From positions 170,064 to 234,063 of the forward strand of contig JBBQZX010000004.1 in assembly GCA_038207335.1 (NCBI GenBank): a stretch of DNA of 64,000 bases, read 5' to 3'. Position numbers and translations under genes: made by a program. The stretch's first letter is position 1. Every line of letters begins with the position of its first letter. This document shows positions 49,364 through 60,300 of this stretch, piece by piece. The notes beneath the pieces were generated by a model, which saw only the letters and a list, made by a program, of their open reading frames with translations, made no database searches and was not told the origin of the DNA. Source of the stretch: Chthoniobacterales bacterium. GTDB lineage: Bacteria > Verrucomicrobiota > Verrucomicrobiia > Chthoniobacterales > Chthoniobacteraceae.

Positions 49364-52300
49364 ATGAACCCGCACGTGCCGCCCCCACCGCCACCCCAGC
49401 GTCCCTCCGGTCCGCCCAGACTGCCGATGCGTCTGCCGGTAGATGTCCGCGTTGAGGCCACCTTCAACTCCGCGCTGCAGCGACCGGTCGCGGAGCGCGA
49501 GGCTTTCATCGCGGAGGCTTGTGGGGAGGAAGGCGAGATGCTCATCGAAGTGCGGGCATTGCTCGCGGCGCACGATGCCGCAGGTGATTTCCTCGAGGAA
49601 CCGCGGATGACGCCCGAGATCGAGGAGCAGATGGCGCGGCTGAAGCCGGAGGAGGCAGGCGAGATGATCGGGCCTTACAAATTGCTGGAGCCGCTCGGCG
49701 AGGGTGGCTTTGGCACCGTGTGGATGGCGGAGCAGGAGGTGCCGGTGCGGCGGCGCGTGGCGTTGAAGATCATCAAGATGGGCATGGATACGAAGGAGGT
49801 CATCGCGCGCTTTCAGCAGGAGGAGCAGGCGCTCGCGATGATGGATCATCCGAACATCGCGAAGGTTTTCGATGCGGGGGCGACGCAGTTTGGACGGCCG
49901 TATTTCGTGATGGAATTGGTGCGCGGCATCCCGATCACGCACTACTGCGACCAGCACAAGCTGCCGACGGTGGAGCGGCTGCGGCTGTTCATCGCGGTCT
50001 GCCATGCGCTCCAGCACGCGCACCAAAAGGGGATCATCCACCGCGACATCAAGCCCAACAACGTCCTCGTCACGATGCACGATGGCGGCGCGGTGCCGAA
50101 GGTCATCGACTTCGGCGTGGCGAAGGCGACGCAGCAGCGGCTCACGGACCTGACGGTGTTCACGCAGTTTGAGCAGATGATCGGGACGCCGCTCTACATG
50201 TCGCCCGAGCAGGCGGAAATGAGCGGGCTGGATGTGGATACGCGCAGCGACATTTATTCGCTCGGTGTCGTGCTCTACGAACTGCTCACGGGCCGCACGC
50301 CGTTCGACGCGGAGGAGCTGATGCGGCGCGGCTACGATGAAATCCGAAAGATGATCCGCGAGCAGGAGCCGCCGAAGCCTTCGACGGCGCTCTCGACGAT
50401 GGCGCGCGACGCGGCGACGGATGTGGCGCAGCACCGGCAATCCGAGCCACCGAAGCTGGCCAGGCTGATCCGCGGCGATCTCGACTGGATCGTGATGAAG
50501 GCGCTCGAAAAAGATCGCAGCCGCCGCTACGAGACGGCGAACGGCTTCGCGCTGGACATCGAGCGGCATCTCGCTGGCGAACCGATCATCGCGCGTCCGC
50601 CAACCACGCTCTACCGGCTGGACCGGATGGTGCGGCGCAACAAGCTCGCCTTCAGCGCGGCGGCGGGCGTGCTGCTGGCGCTGATCGCCGGCGCGGGGTT
50701 CAGCCTGTGGCAGGCGCGCGAGGCGGAGCGTGAAGCAGCACGAGCCAGCGAGGCGCTCCTTGATTTGCAAAAGACGGCGCCGGCGTTCGCCGAGCAGGCG
50801 CGGACGATGGCGGCGCGCGAGGAGTTCGCCGAGGCGCTGGAGAAGCTCGATACCGCGGCGAAGCTGCGGCCCGACGAGGCGGAGTATCGCGTCGCGCGCG
50901 GCGATCTTTTGCAGTGCCAGCTCCGGCTCGCGGAAGCGGTGGCGGAGTATCGCGGGGCGCTGGCGATCGCGCCGGAGCATCCGCGGGCGAAGACGAATGC
51001 CGAGCTGTGCGACCGCTTGCTCGCGACGAATGCCGATCCGACGAAGCTCACACCGGAGAGCCTGCGCGAACTCGCCGATTCGCTGGAGCGCGAGCATCGC
51101 CCCGCGGCGCAGCGGCTCGCGGTGGCGCGCCGGCTCGGCGAGGAAAAGAAGGTGCTGCTCGACTACTGGATCGAGCGGCTCGCGGACCTGCCGCTGCCGC
51201 CGGAGCGTCCGCTCGCCGAGCGCCTGACGCTGCGCGCGGACGGTCTGCTCGCGCTCGATTTGCAAGGCACCCGCCTCACCGATCTCTCCGCGCTGGAAGG
51301 CGTGCCGCTCGGCGAGATCAACGCCACCGGCTGCACGGAACTCCAGGACTTGCAGCCGCTCCGCGCGCTGCCGCTCACCGAATTGCGTCTCGCCAGTTCC
51401 GGTGTCACCGATCTCGCGCCGCTCAGCGGCCTGCGCACACTGAAGACACTCGATCTCGGCAGCACCGCCGTGCGCGATCTCACCGGGCTTCAAGGGCTGC
51501 CGCTCGCGCACCTATCGCTGAATGATGCGAGGTCCGTCAGCGATCTCACGCCGCTGCGCGGGATGCCGCTGCAAGATATTTACCTCAACTACACCGGCGT
51601 CACCGATCTCGCGCCGCTGGCGGGAATGCCGCTCACGCACTTCTGGGCCACCAACCTCTCCGCCACCGACTGCTCGCCACTCACCGGATGCCCGCTGGAG
51701 GCCTGCGCGCTCAATGGGACGAAAGTGACCGACCTCGGGTTCCTGAAAAATGCGCCGTTGCGCAAACTCGATCTCACCGACAGCCCGGACGCCCGAAATT
51801 TCGCGGCCATCGCCGGCTGCCAGACGCTCGAAAGCATCAAGCTGCCCGCGACCGCGCTCAATCTCCCGGTCGCGGACCTCGATGCCATCACCGCGCTGCG
51901 CGATCTCCCGGCGCTGAAGACCGTCGTGGCTGGTCAAAGCGCGCAGAAGGGGCCGATCGCGGCAGATTCGAGCGCGGAGTTTTGGAAAAAGTGGGACTTG
52001 CTCATCACCGTCGCGAGGCCACTGCGCGCGGCGGGCTGCACCGTGAACGCGCGCGTGCTCGATGACGGCACGTTGTCCGTGGGCCTCCTCAACCAACCGA
52101 TTAGCGATCTTTCAATTCTCGAAGGCACGCCGATCAGCCGACTCGCCGTGCAGTCCACCAAGGTCAGCGACCTCCGCCCCGTGCGGACGATGAAGCTCAC
52201 CTTTTTGGACCTGTGGGACACACCGGTCACGGACCTTAGCCCGCTCCGCGGCTTGCCCCTGACTTCCCTCAACCTTGGCGCGACGAACGTGACCGACCTT

Positions 52301-54289
52301 TCGCCGCTGGAAGGCATGCCTCTGGCCGACTTCTTTGCGGACCGTGCCCCGTTCACGGACTATGCGCCGCTCGCCAAAAGCCCGACGCTCAAAAACATTC
52401 ACCTGCCGCGGCCGATGCCAGGCGCGCCTCCGCTGAACCTCGAACCGCTGCGCAGCCTGCCGAACCTCGAACGAATCTCGTTTCAATATGACTGGAGCAC
52501 CGGCCCGATCTGCACGGCGAAAGTTTTCTGGGCGCACTGGGATGGCCTCGGCTGGATGCGCGCGTTGCAGGATGGGCAGTTCAATTTCACCGCGGAGCAA
52601 CTGGCCGACGGACGGTGGAAGGTGCTGACGGGCGGCCGGTTCAGCGATTGCTCGATTTTCAAAGGCGCAGCCATCGCTATTTTACTGGTTGGTCCAAGCG
52701 TCGTGGACCTCAGCCCACTGCGCGATCTGCCGCTTGAGGAGCTCGATGCCGGGCGGTCGCAGGTGGCGGACATATCCACCTTGCGAGGATCGACGCTCCT
52801 CCGTTCTCTGAAATCGTTTTCCCTTTATGGGACGAAGGTCACCGATTTCTCGCCATTGGCGGAATGTGTGAATGTGAAATGGCTCAACCTCTGCCGGACG
52901 GCAGTGCGGGACGTCGGCTTTCTCCGCGGACTCAAAGTCTGCACGGGGGTGGGCCTCACTGGCACTGAGGTTTCCGACATCTCGCCGCTCAGCGAAATGC
53001 CGGAACTGCGCAGGATCTACCTTCCGCAAGGAGCGCGGGAGGTGGAAAAGCTCCGCCAATTGTCCAACCTGCGCGTGCTCTCCTACGACTACGAAGGGCA
53101 GCCGAAGCAAACCGCGGAGGAATTCTGGCAGATGCACGACGAAGTGCCGTGGGTGGCAAAACTGAAGGCCGAGGGGATCAACCCGACCGTCGAGCGCCGC
53201 GAGGACGGGCTTTGGAGCGTGGACCTGGAAAAACAGCCCATCACCGACCTCACTCCGCTGCGCGGTTCACGCATCTGGTATCTGGACCTCCGGGACACGC
53301 CGGTTGCCGACCTCGAACCGCTGCGCGGGATGCCGCTGGAGATTTTGTGGGTGGGCGGAACAAAGGTCACCGACCTCGCGCCGCTCGCCGGAATGCGGCT
53401 CAAGTGGCTGCATGCGGCGAACACAAAGGTGGCGGATATCAGCGTCCTGCGCGGGATGCCGCTGGAGCAAATCGCCATGGGCGGCGGCGTGCCGGTGGAC
53501 CTCGCGCCGCTGCACGAAATGGACACGCTCGAGCTCGTGAATTTCGCGCGGGGTTCGACCAACATCGAGGGCCTGCGCCGACTGCCGAAGGTCAGGACAA
53601 TCAGCTACGACTATGACAACGAGAACAAACGCTTCAAAACGACCGCCGCCGAATTCTGGCAGTTGCACGACGAAGTGCCGTGGGTGGCGGAACTGAAGGC
53701 CAAGGGGATCACCGCGACCGTCAAGCGCCGCGAAGATGGGCTTTGGAGCGTGGATCTCCAAAAGCAGCCCATCACCGACCTCACTCCGCTGCGCGGTTCA
53801 CGCATCCGGTATCTGGACCTCCGGGACACGCCGGTTGCCGACCTCGAACCCCTGCGCGGGATGCCGCTCACTTACATCAACGTCAACAACACCCCCGTCA
53901 CCGATCTCTCTCCGTTGCGCGGAATGCCGCTTAAGGCCGTCGACATGATCGGATCGAAAGTCACGGACATCACGCCGCTGGCGGGGATGAAACTCAATGT
54001 CCTGAACATCAGCAGCACGCCCGTTAAAGACATCAGCGTCGTGCGCGACATGCCGCTGAAGTGGTTTTACATGCGCGACGGCAGCCCGGACACCGACATT
54101 ACGCCGCTTGCGAATATCAGTTCTCTCACAGAGGTGAACATTCCTCGAGGCGTAAAAGACGTCGAGGTGCTGAGAAGCCTCCCGAAGGTAAGGCGATTCG
54201 GCTACAGTTGGGTCGGCGGCGGCGACGGCCAGATCGACACCAGTTGGGAGGAATTCTGGGCGGAGTTTGACCGCAAGAAGAAGCCATGA
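49364..54289 (+). CDS. Membrane Ser/Thr kinase K1: polyPro leader, kinase, TM, TPR-like region, five LRR modules
   Basis: [55 protein letters not shown]; about 21-aa repeats [20 protein letters not shown]. Confidence 0.93.
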   Translation: MNPHVPPPPPPQRPSGPPRLPMRLPVDVRVEATFNSALQRPVAEREAFIAEACGEEGEMLIEVRALLAAHDAAGDFLEEPRMTPEIEEQMARLKPEEAGEMIGPYKLLEPLGEGGFGTVWMAEQEVPVRRRVALKIIKMGMDTKEVIARFQQEEQALAMMDHPNIAKVFDAGATQFGRPYFVMELVRGIPITHYCDQHKLPTVERLRLFIAVCHALQHAHQKGIIHRDIKPNNVLVTMHDGGAVPKVIDFGVAKATQQRLTDLTVFTQFEQMIGTPLYMSPEQAEMSGLDVDTRSDIYSLGVVLYELLTGRTPFDAEELMRRGYDEIRKMIREQEPPKPSTALSTMARDAATDVAQHRQSEPPKLARLIRGDLDWIVMKALEKDRSRRYETANGFALDIERHLAGEPIIARPPTTLYRLDRMVRRNKLAFSAAAGVLLALIAGAGFSLWQAREAEREAARASEALLDLQKTAPAFAEQARTMAAREEFAEALEKLDTAAKLRPDEAEYRVARGDLLQCQLRLAEAVAEYRGALAIAPEHPRAKTNAELCDRLLATNADPTKLTPESLRELADSLEREHRPAAQRLAVARRLGEEKKVLLDYWIERLADLPLPPERPLAERLTLRADGLLALDLQGTRLTDLSALEGVPLGEINATGCTELQDLQPLRALPLTELRLASSGVTDLAPLSGLRTLKTLDLGSTAVRDLTGLQGLPLAHLSLNDARSVSDLTPLRGMPLQDIYLNYTGVTDLAPLAGMPLTHFWATNLSATDCSPLTGCPLEACALNGTKVTDLGFLKNAPLRKLDLTDSPDARNFAAIAGCQTLESIKLPATALNLPVADLDAITALRDLPALKTVVAGQSAQKGPIAADSSAEFWKKWDLLITVARPLRAAGCTVNARVLDDGTLSVGLLNQPISDLSILEGTPISRLAVQSTKVSDLRPVRTMKLTFLDLWDTPVTDLSPLRGLPLTSLNLGATNVTDLSPLEGMPLADFFADRAPFTDYAPLAKSPTLKNIHLPRPMPGAPPLNLEPLRSLPNLERISFQYDWSTGPICTAKVFWAHWDGLGWMRALQDGQFNFTAEQLADGRWKVLTGGRFSDCSIFKGAAIAILLVGPSVVDLSPLRDLPLEELDAGRSQVADISTLRGSTLLRSLKSFSLYGTKVTDFSPLAECVNVKWLNLCRTAVRDVGFLRGLKVCTGVGLTGTEVSDISPLSEMPELRRIYLPQGAREVEKLRQLSNLRVLSYDYEGQPKQTAEEFWQMHDEVPWVAKLKAEGINPTVERREDGLWSVDLEKQPITDLTPLRGSRIWYLDLRDTPVADLEPLRGMPLEILWVGGTKVTDLAPLAGMRLKWLHAANTKVADISVLRGMPLEQIAMGGGVPVDLAPLHEMDTLELVNFARGSTNIEGLRRLPKVRTISYDYDNENKRFKTTAAEFWQLHDEVPWVAELKAKGITATVKRREDGLWSVDLQKQPITDLTPLRGSRIRYLDLRDTPVADLEPLRGMPLTYINVNNTPVTDLSPLRGMPLKAVDMIGSKVTDITPLAGMKLNVLNISSTPVKDISVVRDMPLKWFYMRDGSPDTDITPLANISSLTEVNIPRGVKDVEVLRSLPKVRRFGYSWVGGGDGQIDTSWEEFWAEFDRKKKP
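53120..53868 (+). repeat. Near-identical intragenic direct repeat (53120-53337 and 53651-53868; offset 531 bp)
   Basis: Both copies encode EFWQ(M/L)[61 protein letters not shown]; roughly 90% nucleotide identity by eye. Confidence 0.9.
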
Positions 54290-57117
54290 CGCCGCCACCA
54301 CCACCACCGCCGCCCGGCTTGCCGCGTCCACCTTCGCCACCACCGCGTCCGCCGATCCTGCGGGTCGATTCGCCGATGCTCAAACAGGAGGAGGCGGGCG
54401 ACCGCATCGGGCGTTACAAATTGCTCCAGCAGATCGGCGAAGGTGGCTTCGGCGTGGTCTGGATGGCCGAGCAGGAGAAGCCGGTGCGGCGGCGCGTGGC
54501 GCTGAAGGTGATCAAGCTCGGCATGGATACGAAGCAGGTCATCGCGCGCTTCGAGGCCGAGCGACAGGCGCTGGCGATGATGGATCACCCGAACATCGCG
54601 AAGGTGCTCGATGCCGGCGCGACGCAGACCGGGCGGCCCTTTTTCGTCATGGAACTCGTGCGCGGCATCCGCATCACGGACTTCTGCGACCAGAGCAAAC
54701 TGTCCGCGGCGGACCGGCTCGGGCTTTTCGTCAGCGTCTGCCATGCGGTGCAGCACGCGCATCAAAAAGGGATCATCCACCGCGACCTCAAGCCCTCGAA
54801 CATCCTCGTGACGCTGCACGACGGCGTGCCGGTGCCGAAGGTCATCGACTTCGGCGTGGCCAAGGCGACGCAGCAGCGGCTCACCGACCTCACGCTCTTC
54901 ACGCAGTTCGATCAAATGATCGGCACGCCGCTCTACATGTCGCCCGAGCAGGCCGAGATGAGCGGGCTGGATGTCGATACGCGCACGGACATCTATTCGC
55001 TCGGCGTGCTGCTCTACGAATTGCTCACCGGGCGCACGCCGTTCGATGCGACGGAATTGACGCGCCGCGGCATCGACGAAATGCGCCGGGCCATCCGCGA
55101 GACGGACCCGCCGAAGCCTTCGACGCGCTTCGGCACGCTCGCCGCCGAGGCGCGTTCGACCGTGGCCAATCAACGCCAGGCCGAGCCGGCGAAACTCGCG
55201 GGACTGCTGCGCGGCGACCTCGACTGGGTGGTGATGAAGGCGCTCGAAAAAGACCGCACGCGCCGCTACGAGACGGCGAACGGGATGGCGATGGACGTGC
55301 AGCGTTTCCTGAGCAACGAGCCAGTCGTCGCGCGTCCGCCGAGCAGTGCGTATCGGCTGCAAAAGTTCATGCGCCGCAACAAGCTCGCCGTCGCCGCCGC
55401 AGCCGCCGTGGCGCTCGCGCTCATCGCCGCGATCACGGCAGGCGTGTGGCAGGGAATGCGCGCCGGGCGCGAAAAGGCAAAGGCCACCGCCGCGGTCGCC
55501 AAGCTCCGCGACACCGCGCCGGCCTTCGCGGACCAGGCGCGCGCGCTGGCGGCGCGAGGGCAGTTCGACGAGGCGATCGACAAGCTCGCCTTCGCCGCGC
55601 GCCTGCGGCCCGACGTGGCGGATTACGTCGCGCGGCAGGGTGACCTCCGCGAGAGCCAGCTCCGCCTCGCGGAAGCCGGCGAGGCCTATCGTGTCGCGCT
55701 GAAGATTGCGTCCGATCATCCGCGGGCCAAAGCGAACGCCGCGCTCTGCGAACGCCTGCTTGCGCTGAAGCCCGACATTGCGAAGCCCTCGCTCGAAGTG
55801 CTCGCGCGGCTTTTCGCCACGATGCAACGAGAACAGCGTTCCGCTGGCGAGCAGGCGCCCGTGGCGAAGCGTTTCGCCGAGGAAAAGCAGCGCGTGCTCG
55901 ATGAGTGGCTTCCGCGTTTCGCCGGCATGCCGGTCCCTGCGAACAAGCCGATCGCAGAGCGGGTGGGCTTCGGCGAAGATGGGAGCCTCACGCTCGACCT
56001 CAACGGCAGCACCACCACCGACCTCGCCCCGCTCCGGGGTGCGCCGCTCAGCAGCCTGAACCTCACTTGGTGCGCGAACGTCACCGACCTTGCCCCGCTC
56101 GCCGGCACGCGCCTCCGTGAACTCAATATGTTTGGAACTCCCGCGCAGGACTACACGCCGCTGACGGGGGCGCCGCTGGAGACTTTCACCGCCGGCGCGA
56201 AGCTGGACGATCTGTCGTTCCTGCGCGGTGCGCCGCTGCGCACGCTGCGGATCAGCGGGGGGCCGCTCCCGCGGAATCTCGCCGTGCTGGCGGAGATCAA
56301 AACGCTCGAGACCCTGTTCCTGCCGCCCAATCTCCGCAAGCTGCCCGCCGCCGAACTCGCGGCGTTCGAGAGGCTGCGCACGCATCCCGCGCTGCGGGAA
56401 ATCCGGATCGCTTCGGCTCCCGGCGAAAGAACTGACCTTGCGCTGCCTAAAGAGCAGTTCTGGCGCGAGTGGGACGCCAGCCAAACCGCCGCCGCGCTGC
56501 CCCGGCCGGCCAAAGAGTCGGTGAGCCAGCCCGCAGAGAGCATCCCGGCGTTGAAAGTGGCCGCGTTGCAGGTTTGGTTCAGCAAGGACACCGAGCATGT
56601 CGCCACCCGTCAGCGCATGCTCGCGTGGGCCGAGGGCTCCGAGAAACCCGACGATCTCGAGCGCGCCGCCAAGATCTGCTGCCTGCGCCCGATCGACGAT
56701 GCTTCCCTTCGAGAAGCCGCCCTCAACCTTGCCCGCAAGGCGGTGACGCTCGGCAAAGAGAAACCGGAAAGTTTGGCCTGGTATCACATGACTCTGGGCA
56801 TGGCCGAATACCGCAGTGGACGTTACGCGGAAGCCATCGAGACGCTGACCGCCGCCGAAGCAGTGACGGCAGAAACCTGGCACCCGGAGATCGTGCGCAG
56901 CACCGCCAGCTTCTACCGAGCCATGAGCCTCTTCCAGCAGGGCAAGCCCGACGACGCCCGCGCACTCCTGACGGCCACCGAGGCCGCGATGAAACCCCTC
57001 CCCACCGACGAAAAAAACCCGCTCACCAACGGTGCCGACCACGACGACCTCATCCTCTGGCTGGCCTGCAAGGAGGCCCGCACGCTGCTCGCGGCGCCGG
57101 GCGAGGCGGGGAAGTAG
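54286..57117 (+). CDS. Membrane Ser/Thr kinase K2: polyPro leader, kinase, TM, one LRR module, C-terminal TPR-like domain
   Basis: [31 protein letters not shown] overlap with K1; tail [30 protein letters not shown]. Confidence 0.93.
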   Translation: MTPPPPPPPPGLPRPPSPPPRPPILRVDSPMLKQEEAGDRIGRYKLLQQIGEGGFGVVWMAEQEKPVRRRVALKVIKLGMDTKQVIARFEAERQALAMMDHPNIAKVLDAGATQTGRPFFVMELVRGIRITDFCDQSKLSAADRLGLFVSVCHAVQHAHQKGIIHRDLKPSNILVTLHDGVPVPKVIDFGVAKATQQRLTDLTLFTQFDQMIGTPLYMSPEQAEMSGLDVDTRTDIYSLGVLLYELLTGRTPFDATELTRRGIDEMRRAIRETDPPKPSTRFGTLAAEARSTVANQRQAEPAKLAGLLRGDLDWVVMKALEKDRTRRYETANGMAMDVQRFLSNEPVVARPPSSAYRLQKFMRRNKLAVAAAAAVALALIAAITAGVWQGMRAGREKAKATAAVAKLRDTAPAFADQARALAARGQFDEAIDKLAFAARLRPDVADYVARQGDLRESQLRLAEAGEAYRVALKIASDHPRAKANAALCERLLALKPDIAKPSLEVLARLFATMQREQRSAGEQAPVAKRFAEEKQRVLDEWLPRFAGMPVPANKPIAERVGFGEDGSLTLDLNGSTTTDLAPLRGAPLSSLNLTWCANVTDLAPLAGTRLRELNMFGTPAQDYTPLTGAPLETFTAGAKLDDLSFLRGAPLRTLRISGGPLPRNLAVLAEIKTLETLFLPPNLRKLPAAELAAFERLRTHPALREIRIASAPGERTDLALPKEQFWREWDASQTAAALPRPAKESVSQPAESIPALKVAALQVWFSKDTEHVATRQRMLAWAEGSEKPDDLERAAKICCLRPIDDASLREAALNLARKAVTLGKEKPESLAWYHMTLGMAEYRSGRYAEAIETLTAAEAVTAETWHPEIVRSTASFYRAMSLFQQGKPDDARALLTATEAAMKPLPTDEKNPLTNGADHDDLILWLACKEARTLLAAPGEAGK

Positions 57118-57180
57118 CGCCAGCGTCCATCCATTTCACCACTCCGAGCACGGCGGCGCGGCGCCGCAAAGGAGGGTCGC

Positions 57181-57294
57181 TATGATTGCGCCCCTCTCAA
57201 CGCCGCCAACTGGCTTCAAGGCGGTGAAGGAGCCTGGTATGCCTGGTTCATCGCCGACCTGCTCACGAAAGAAGCCGCGGCATCGATCAAGTGA
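57181..57294 (+). pseudogene. Orphan fragment resembling a kinase C-terminal tip
   Basis: ..PLNAANWLQGGEGAWYAWFIADLLTKEAAASIK* parallels the K2 end ([21 protein letters not shown]); no in-frame start codon. Confidence 0.45.
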
Positions 57295-57356
57295 CCGCCT
57301 CGGCTGCGGAGCGCGCGTTCGTTTCCGGGATTTTCTGGCGGCGAGCGAAAATTCGG

Positions 57357-57384
57357 TGATCCTTTTCAACGCCGGATTGCGCAT
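57357..57384 (+). promoter_or_regulatory. Putative ECF-sigma promoter, copy 2
   Basis: TGATCC-ttttca-N11-CGCAT-N11-ATG upstream of K3. Confidence 0.55.
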
Positions 57385-57395
57385 GGGCAGTTGAG

Positions 57396-60300
57396 ATGAA
57401 TACTCCGCCCATGGTTCCGCCGCAGCCGCCGCAGCCGCCGCAACGGCCAGGAACACCGCCGGGGCCTCCGCGGCCACCTTCGGTCGCGCGCGCGACGAAG
57501 GCGGAGGCGACGTTCAATTCCGCGCTCGCGCGGCCCGCCGAACAGCGCGCGGCCTTTGTCGCCGAAGCCTGTGCGGGGGACTCGGCGCTAGATGCGGAGG
57601 TGCAGGCATTGCTCGCGGCGCACGATGGCGCCGGCGGTTTCATGACGGATGACGTGCCGCTTTCGCCGGAGATCGAGGAGCAACTGGCGCGGCTCAAGCC
57701 GGAGGAAGCAGGCGAGAGCATAGGGCCGTACAAGCTGCGCGAGCAGATTGGCGAGGGTGGCTTTGGTACGGTGTGGGTGGCGGATCAGGAGCGGCCGGTG
57801 CGGCGGCGGGTGGCGTTGAAGATCATCAAGCTGGGGATGGACACGAAGGAGGTGATCGCGCGCTTCGAGCAGGAGCGGCAGGCGCTGGCGATGATGGATC
57901 ACCCGAACATCGCCAAGGTGCTCGATGCCGGCGCGACGCAGTATGGGCGGCCGTTCTTCGTCATGGAGCTGGTGCGCGGGGTGAGGATCACGGACTACTG
58001 CGACGACCAGCAGCTCTCGACGGTGGAGCGCATCGGGCTGTTCATCACCGTCTGCCAGGCGGTGCAACACGCGCATCAAAAAGGGATCATCCATCGCGAT
58101 CTGAAGCCGTCGAACATCCTCGTGACGATCAACGACGGCGAGGCGGTGCCGAAGGTGATCGACTTCGGTGTGGCGAAGGCGACGCAGGGACGGCTCACCG
58201 ACGCGACGGTCTATACGCAGTTCCAGCAGATGATCGGCACGCCGCTCTACATGTCTCCGGAGCAGGCGGAGCTGACTTCGCTGGACATCGACACGCGCAG
58301 CGACATCTACGCGCTCGGCGTGCTGCTTTACGAACTGCTCACCGGCCACACGCCGATCGAGCAGGACACGATGGCCCGCGTCGGCATGGATGAAATGCGG
58401 CGCATGATCCGCGAGGTCGATCCGCCGCGGCCCTCGATGCGCGTGAAGACGCTCGACGGCGCGGAACTCACGACCGCCGCGAAGCGCCGCCACACCGATC
58501 CCGCGCGACTGCCCGGCGCGCTGCGGGGGGACATTGATTGGATCGTGATGAAGTGCCTGGAGAAGGATCGCAAGCGCCGCTACGACACGGCCAACGGCCT
58601 CGCGCTCGATCTCCAGCGGCATCTCAAAAACGAAGTGGTCGTCGCGCGCCCGCCGACCGCCGGCTATCTGCTCAGCAAGCTCATCAAGCGTAATAAGTCG
58701 GCGGTGGCCGCCGCTTCCGCGGTGGTGCTCGCGTTGATCGTCGGCTTTGCCGTCGCCGTCTGGCAGGCCAAGCGTGCGCAGAATGAGGCGGCGCGAGCGC
58801 AGACGGCGGAGCAGCGCTCGGCGGCGGCGCTGGAGGAACTCCGCGAGACCGCCCCGGCCTTTGCCTCGCAGGCGCGCTCGCTCGCGGCGAAGGACCGCTT
58901 CGACGAGGCCATCGAGAAGCTCGACTACGCCATCAAGCTGCGGCCCGAAGTGGCGGAGTATCTCGTGGTGAAAGCGGACCTGCTCCAGTGCCAGCCGAAG
59001 CTCGCCAAAGCCGCCGAGGTTTATCGCGAAGCCTTGCGCGTGAAGCCCGGCGTCGCCCGCGCCGAGGCGTCCGCGAAGCTCTGCGACGAACTGCTCGCCG
59101 CGCCAACCACCGATCAGGGCAAACTCACCCGCGAGACCCTCGCGAAGCTTCATCTCGCGATGCAAAAGCAGCAGCGGCCCGCAGCGGAGTTGATGCCCGT
59201 GGCGCGGTTGCTCGGCGAGGAGAAGAAGCTCGTCGTCGAATACTGGCTCGCGCGCTTCAAAGACCTGCCCGTCTCCGCCGAGAAGCCGCTCAAGGATCGC
59301 CTCACCGTCCGCGACGACGGCCGACTCGCGCTCGATCTCAGCGGCACGAAGGTCACCGATCTCTCGCCGCTGGCGGGTGCACCGCTGGCGGTGCTGAATG
59401 TGTCGGGCACGAAAGAGCAGAGTGAGTTGGCCGATCTCTCCCCATTGCGCGGGATCGATCTGGTCGAGTTGGACATCAGAAGCACGAGCGTCGCAGACCT
59501 CACGCCTTTGCGCGAAATGCGCGGGCTCAGGAAGCTCGACGTGGGTGCCACCAAGGTGACCGACCTCGCACCGCTGAGCGATCTGCGGCTGGAGGAGCTC
59601 GACCTCACGGAAACGCGGATCTTCGACCTCGCGGCGTTGCGCGGGATGAAGTTGAAAGAACTCAGCCTCCGGGAGACTCGCGTGGCAGACCTTTCGCCGC
59701 TCGCCGGCATGCCGCTGACCGCTTTCGATGCCTCGACGATTCCCGCCACCGACTACTCGCCACGACGGGCGCTCCGCTGGAGAAGTGCTATATCCTAAAC
59801 TCGCCGGTGCGCGACCTTTCCTTCCTTCGGGACTCATCGGTGAAGGAATTGATTCTCTACGAGTGCAACGAGCTGCGCGGATACTCCGTGCTGGCCGGGT
59901 TGAAGTCACTCGACCTCCTCGTTCTCCCGCAGAGCTTTCGCAGTCTGCCCGAGGAGGATCTGGCGGCCATCGGCGCGCTCCGCAGCCATCCGACGCTTAG
60001 GAATATCCAGACGGAATACCGGAGCGGCAATTGGTTCTTCAACACCACCCAGCCGAAGGAGACTTTCTGGCAGGATTGGGATCGCGAGCAGAGCTTCGTC
60101 CCCGCGCTGCGCAAGAGCGGGATCAAGTTCTCGCTCAAAAAGCTCCCGGTCGGGACTTATTCCTTTCGATTCAGAACCAGCCGTTGAGCGATCTCTCGAT
60201 GCTGAAAGGCGCGCCGATCAGCGAGCTTTACCTCAGCAAATGCAAGTTCGCCGACCTGGCGCCGATCCACGACCTGAAGCTCGAAATCCTGCACCTCACC

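Noticed and set aside
53120..53868. Repeat pair as a diversity-generating retroelement TR/VR
   Set aside because: Mismatches are not restricted to adenines, both copies are in-frame coding, and no reverse transcriptase is present in the window.
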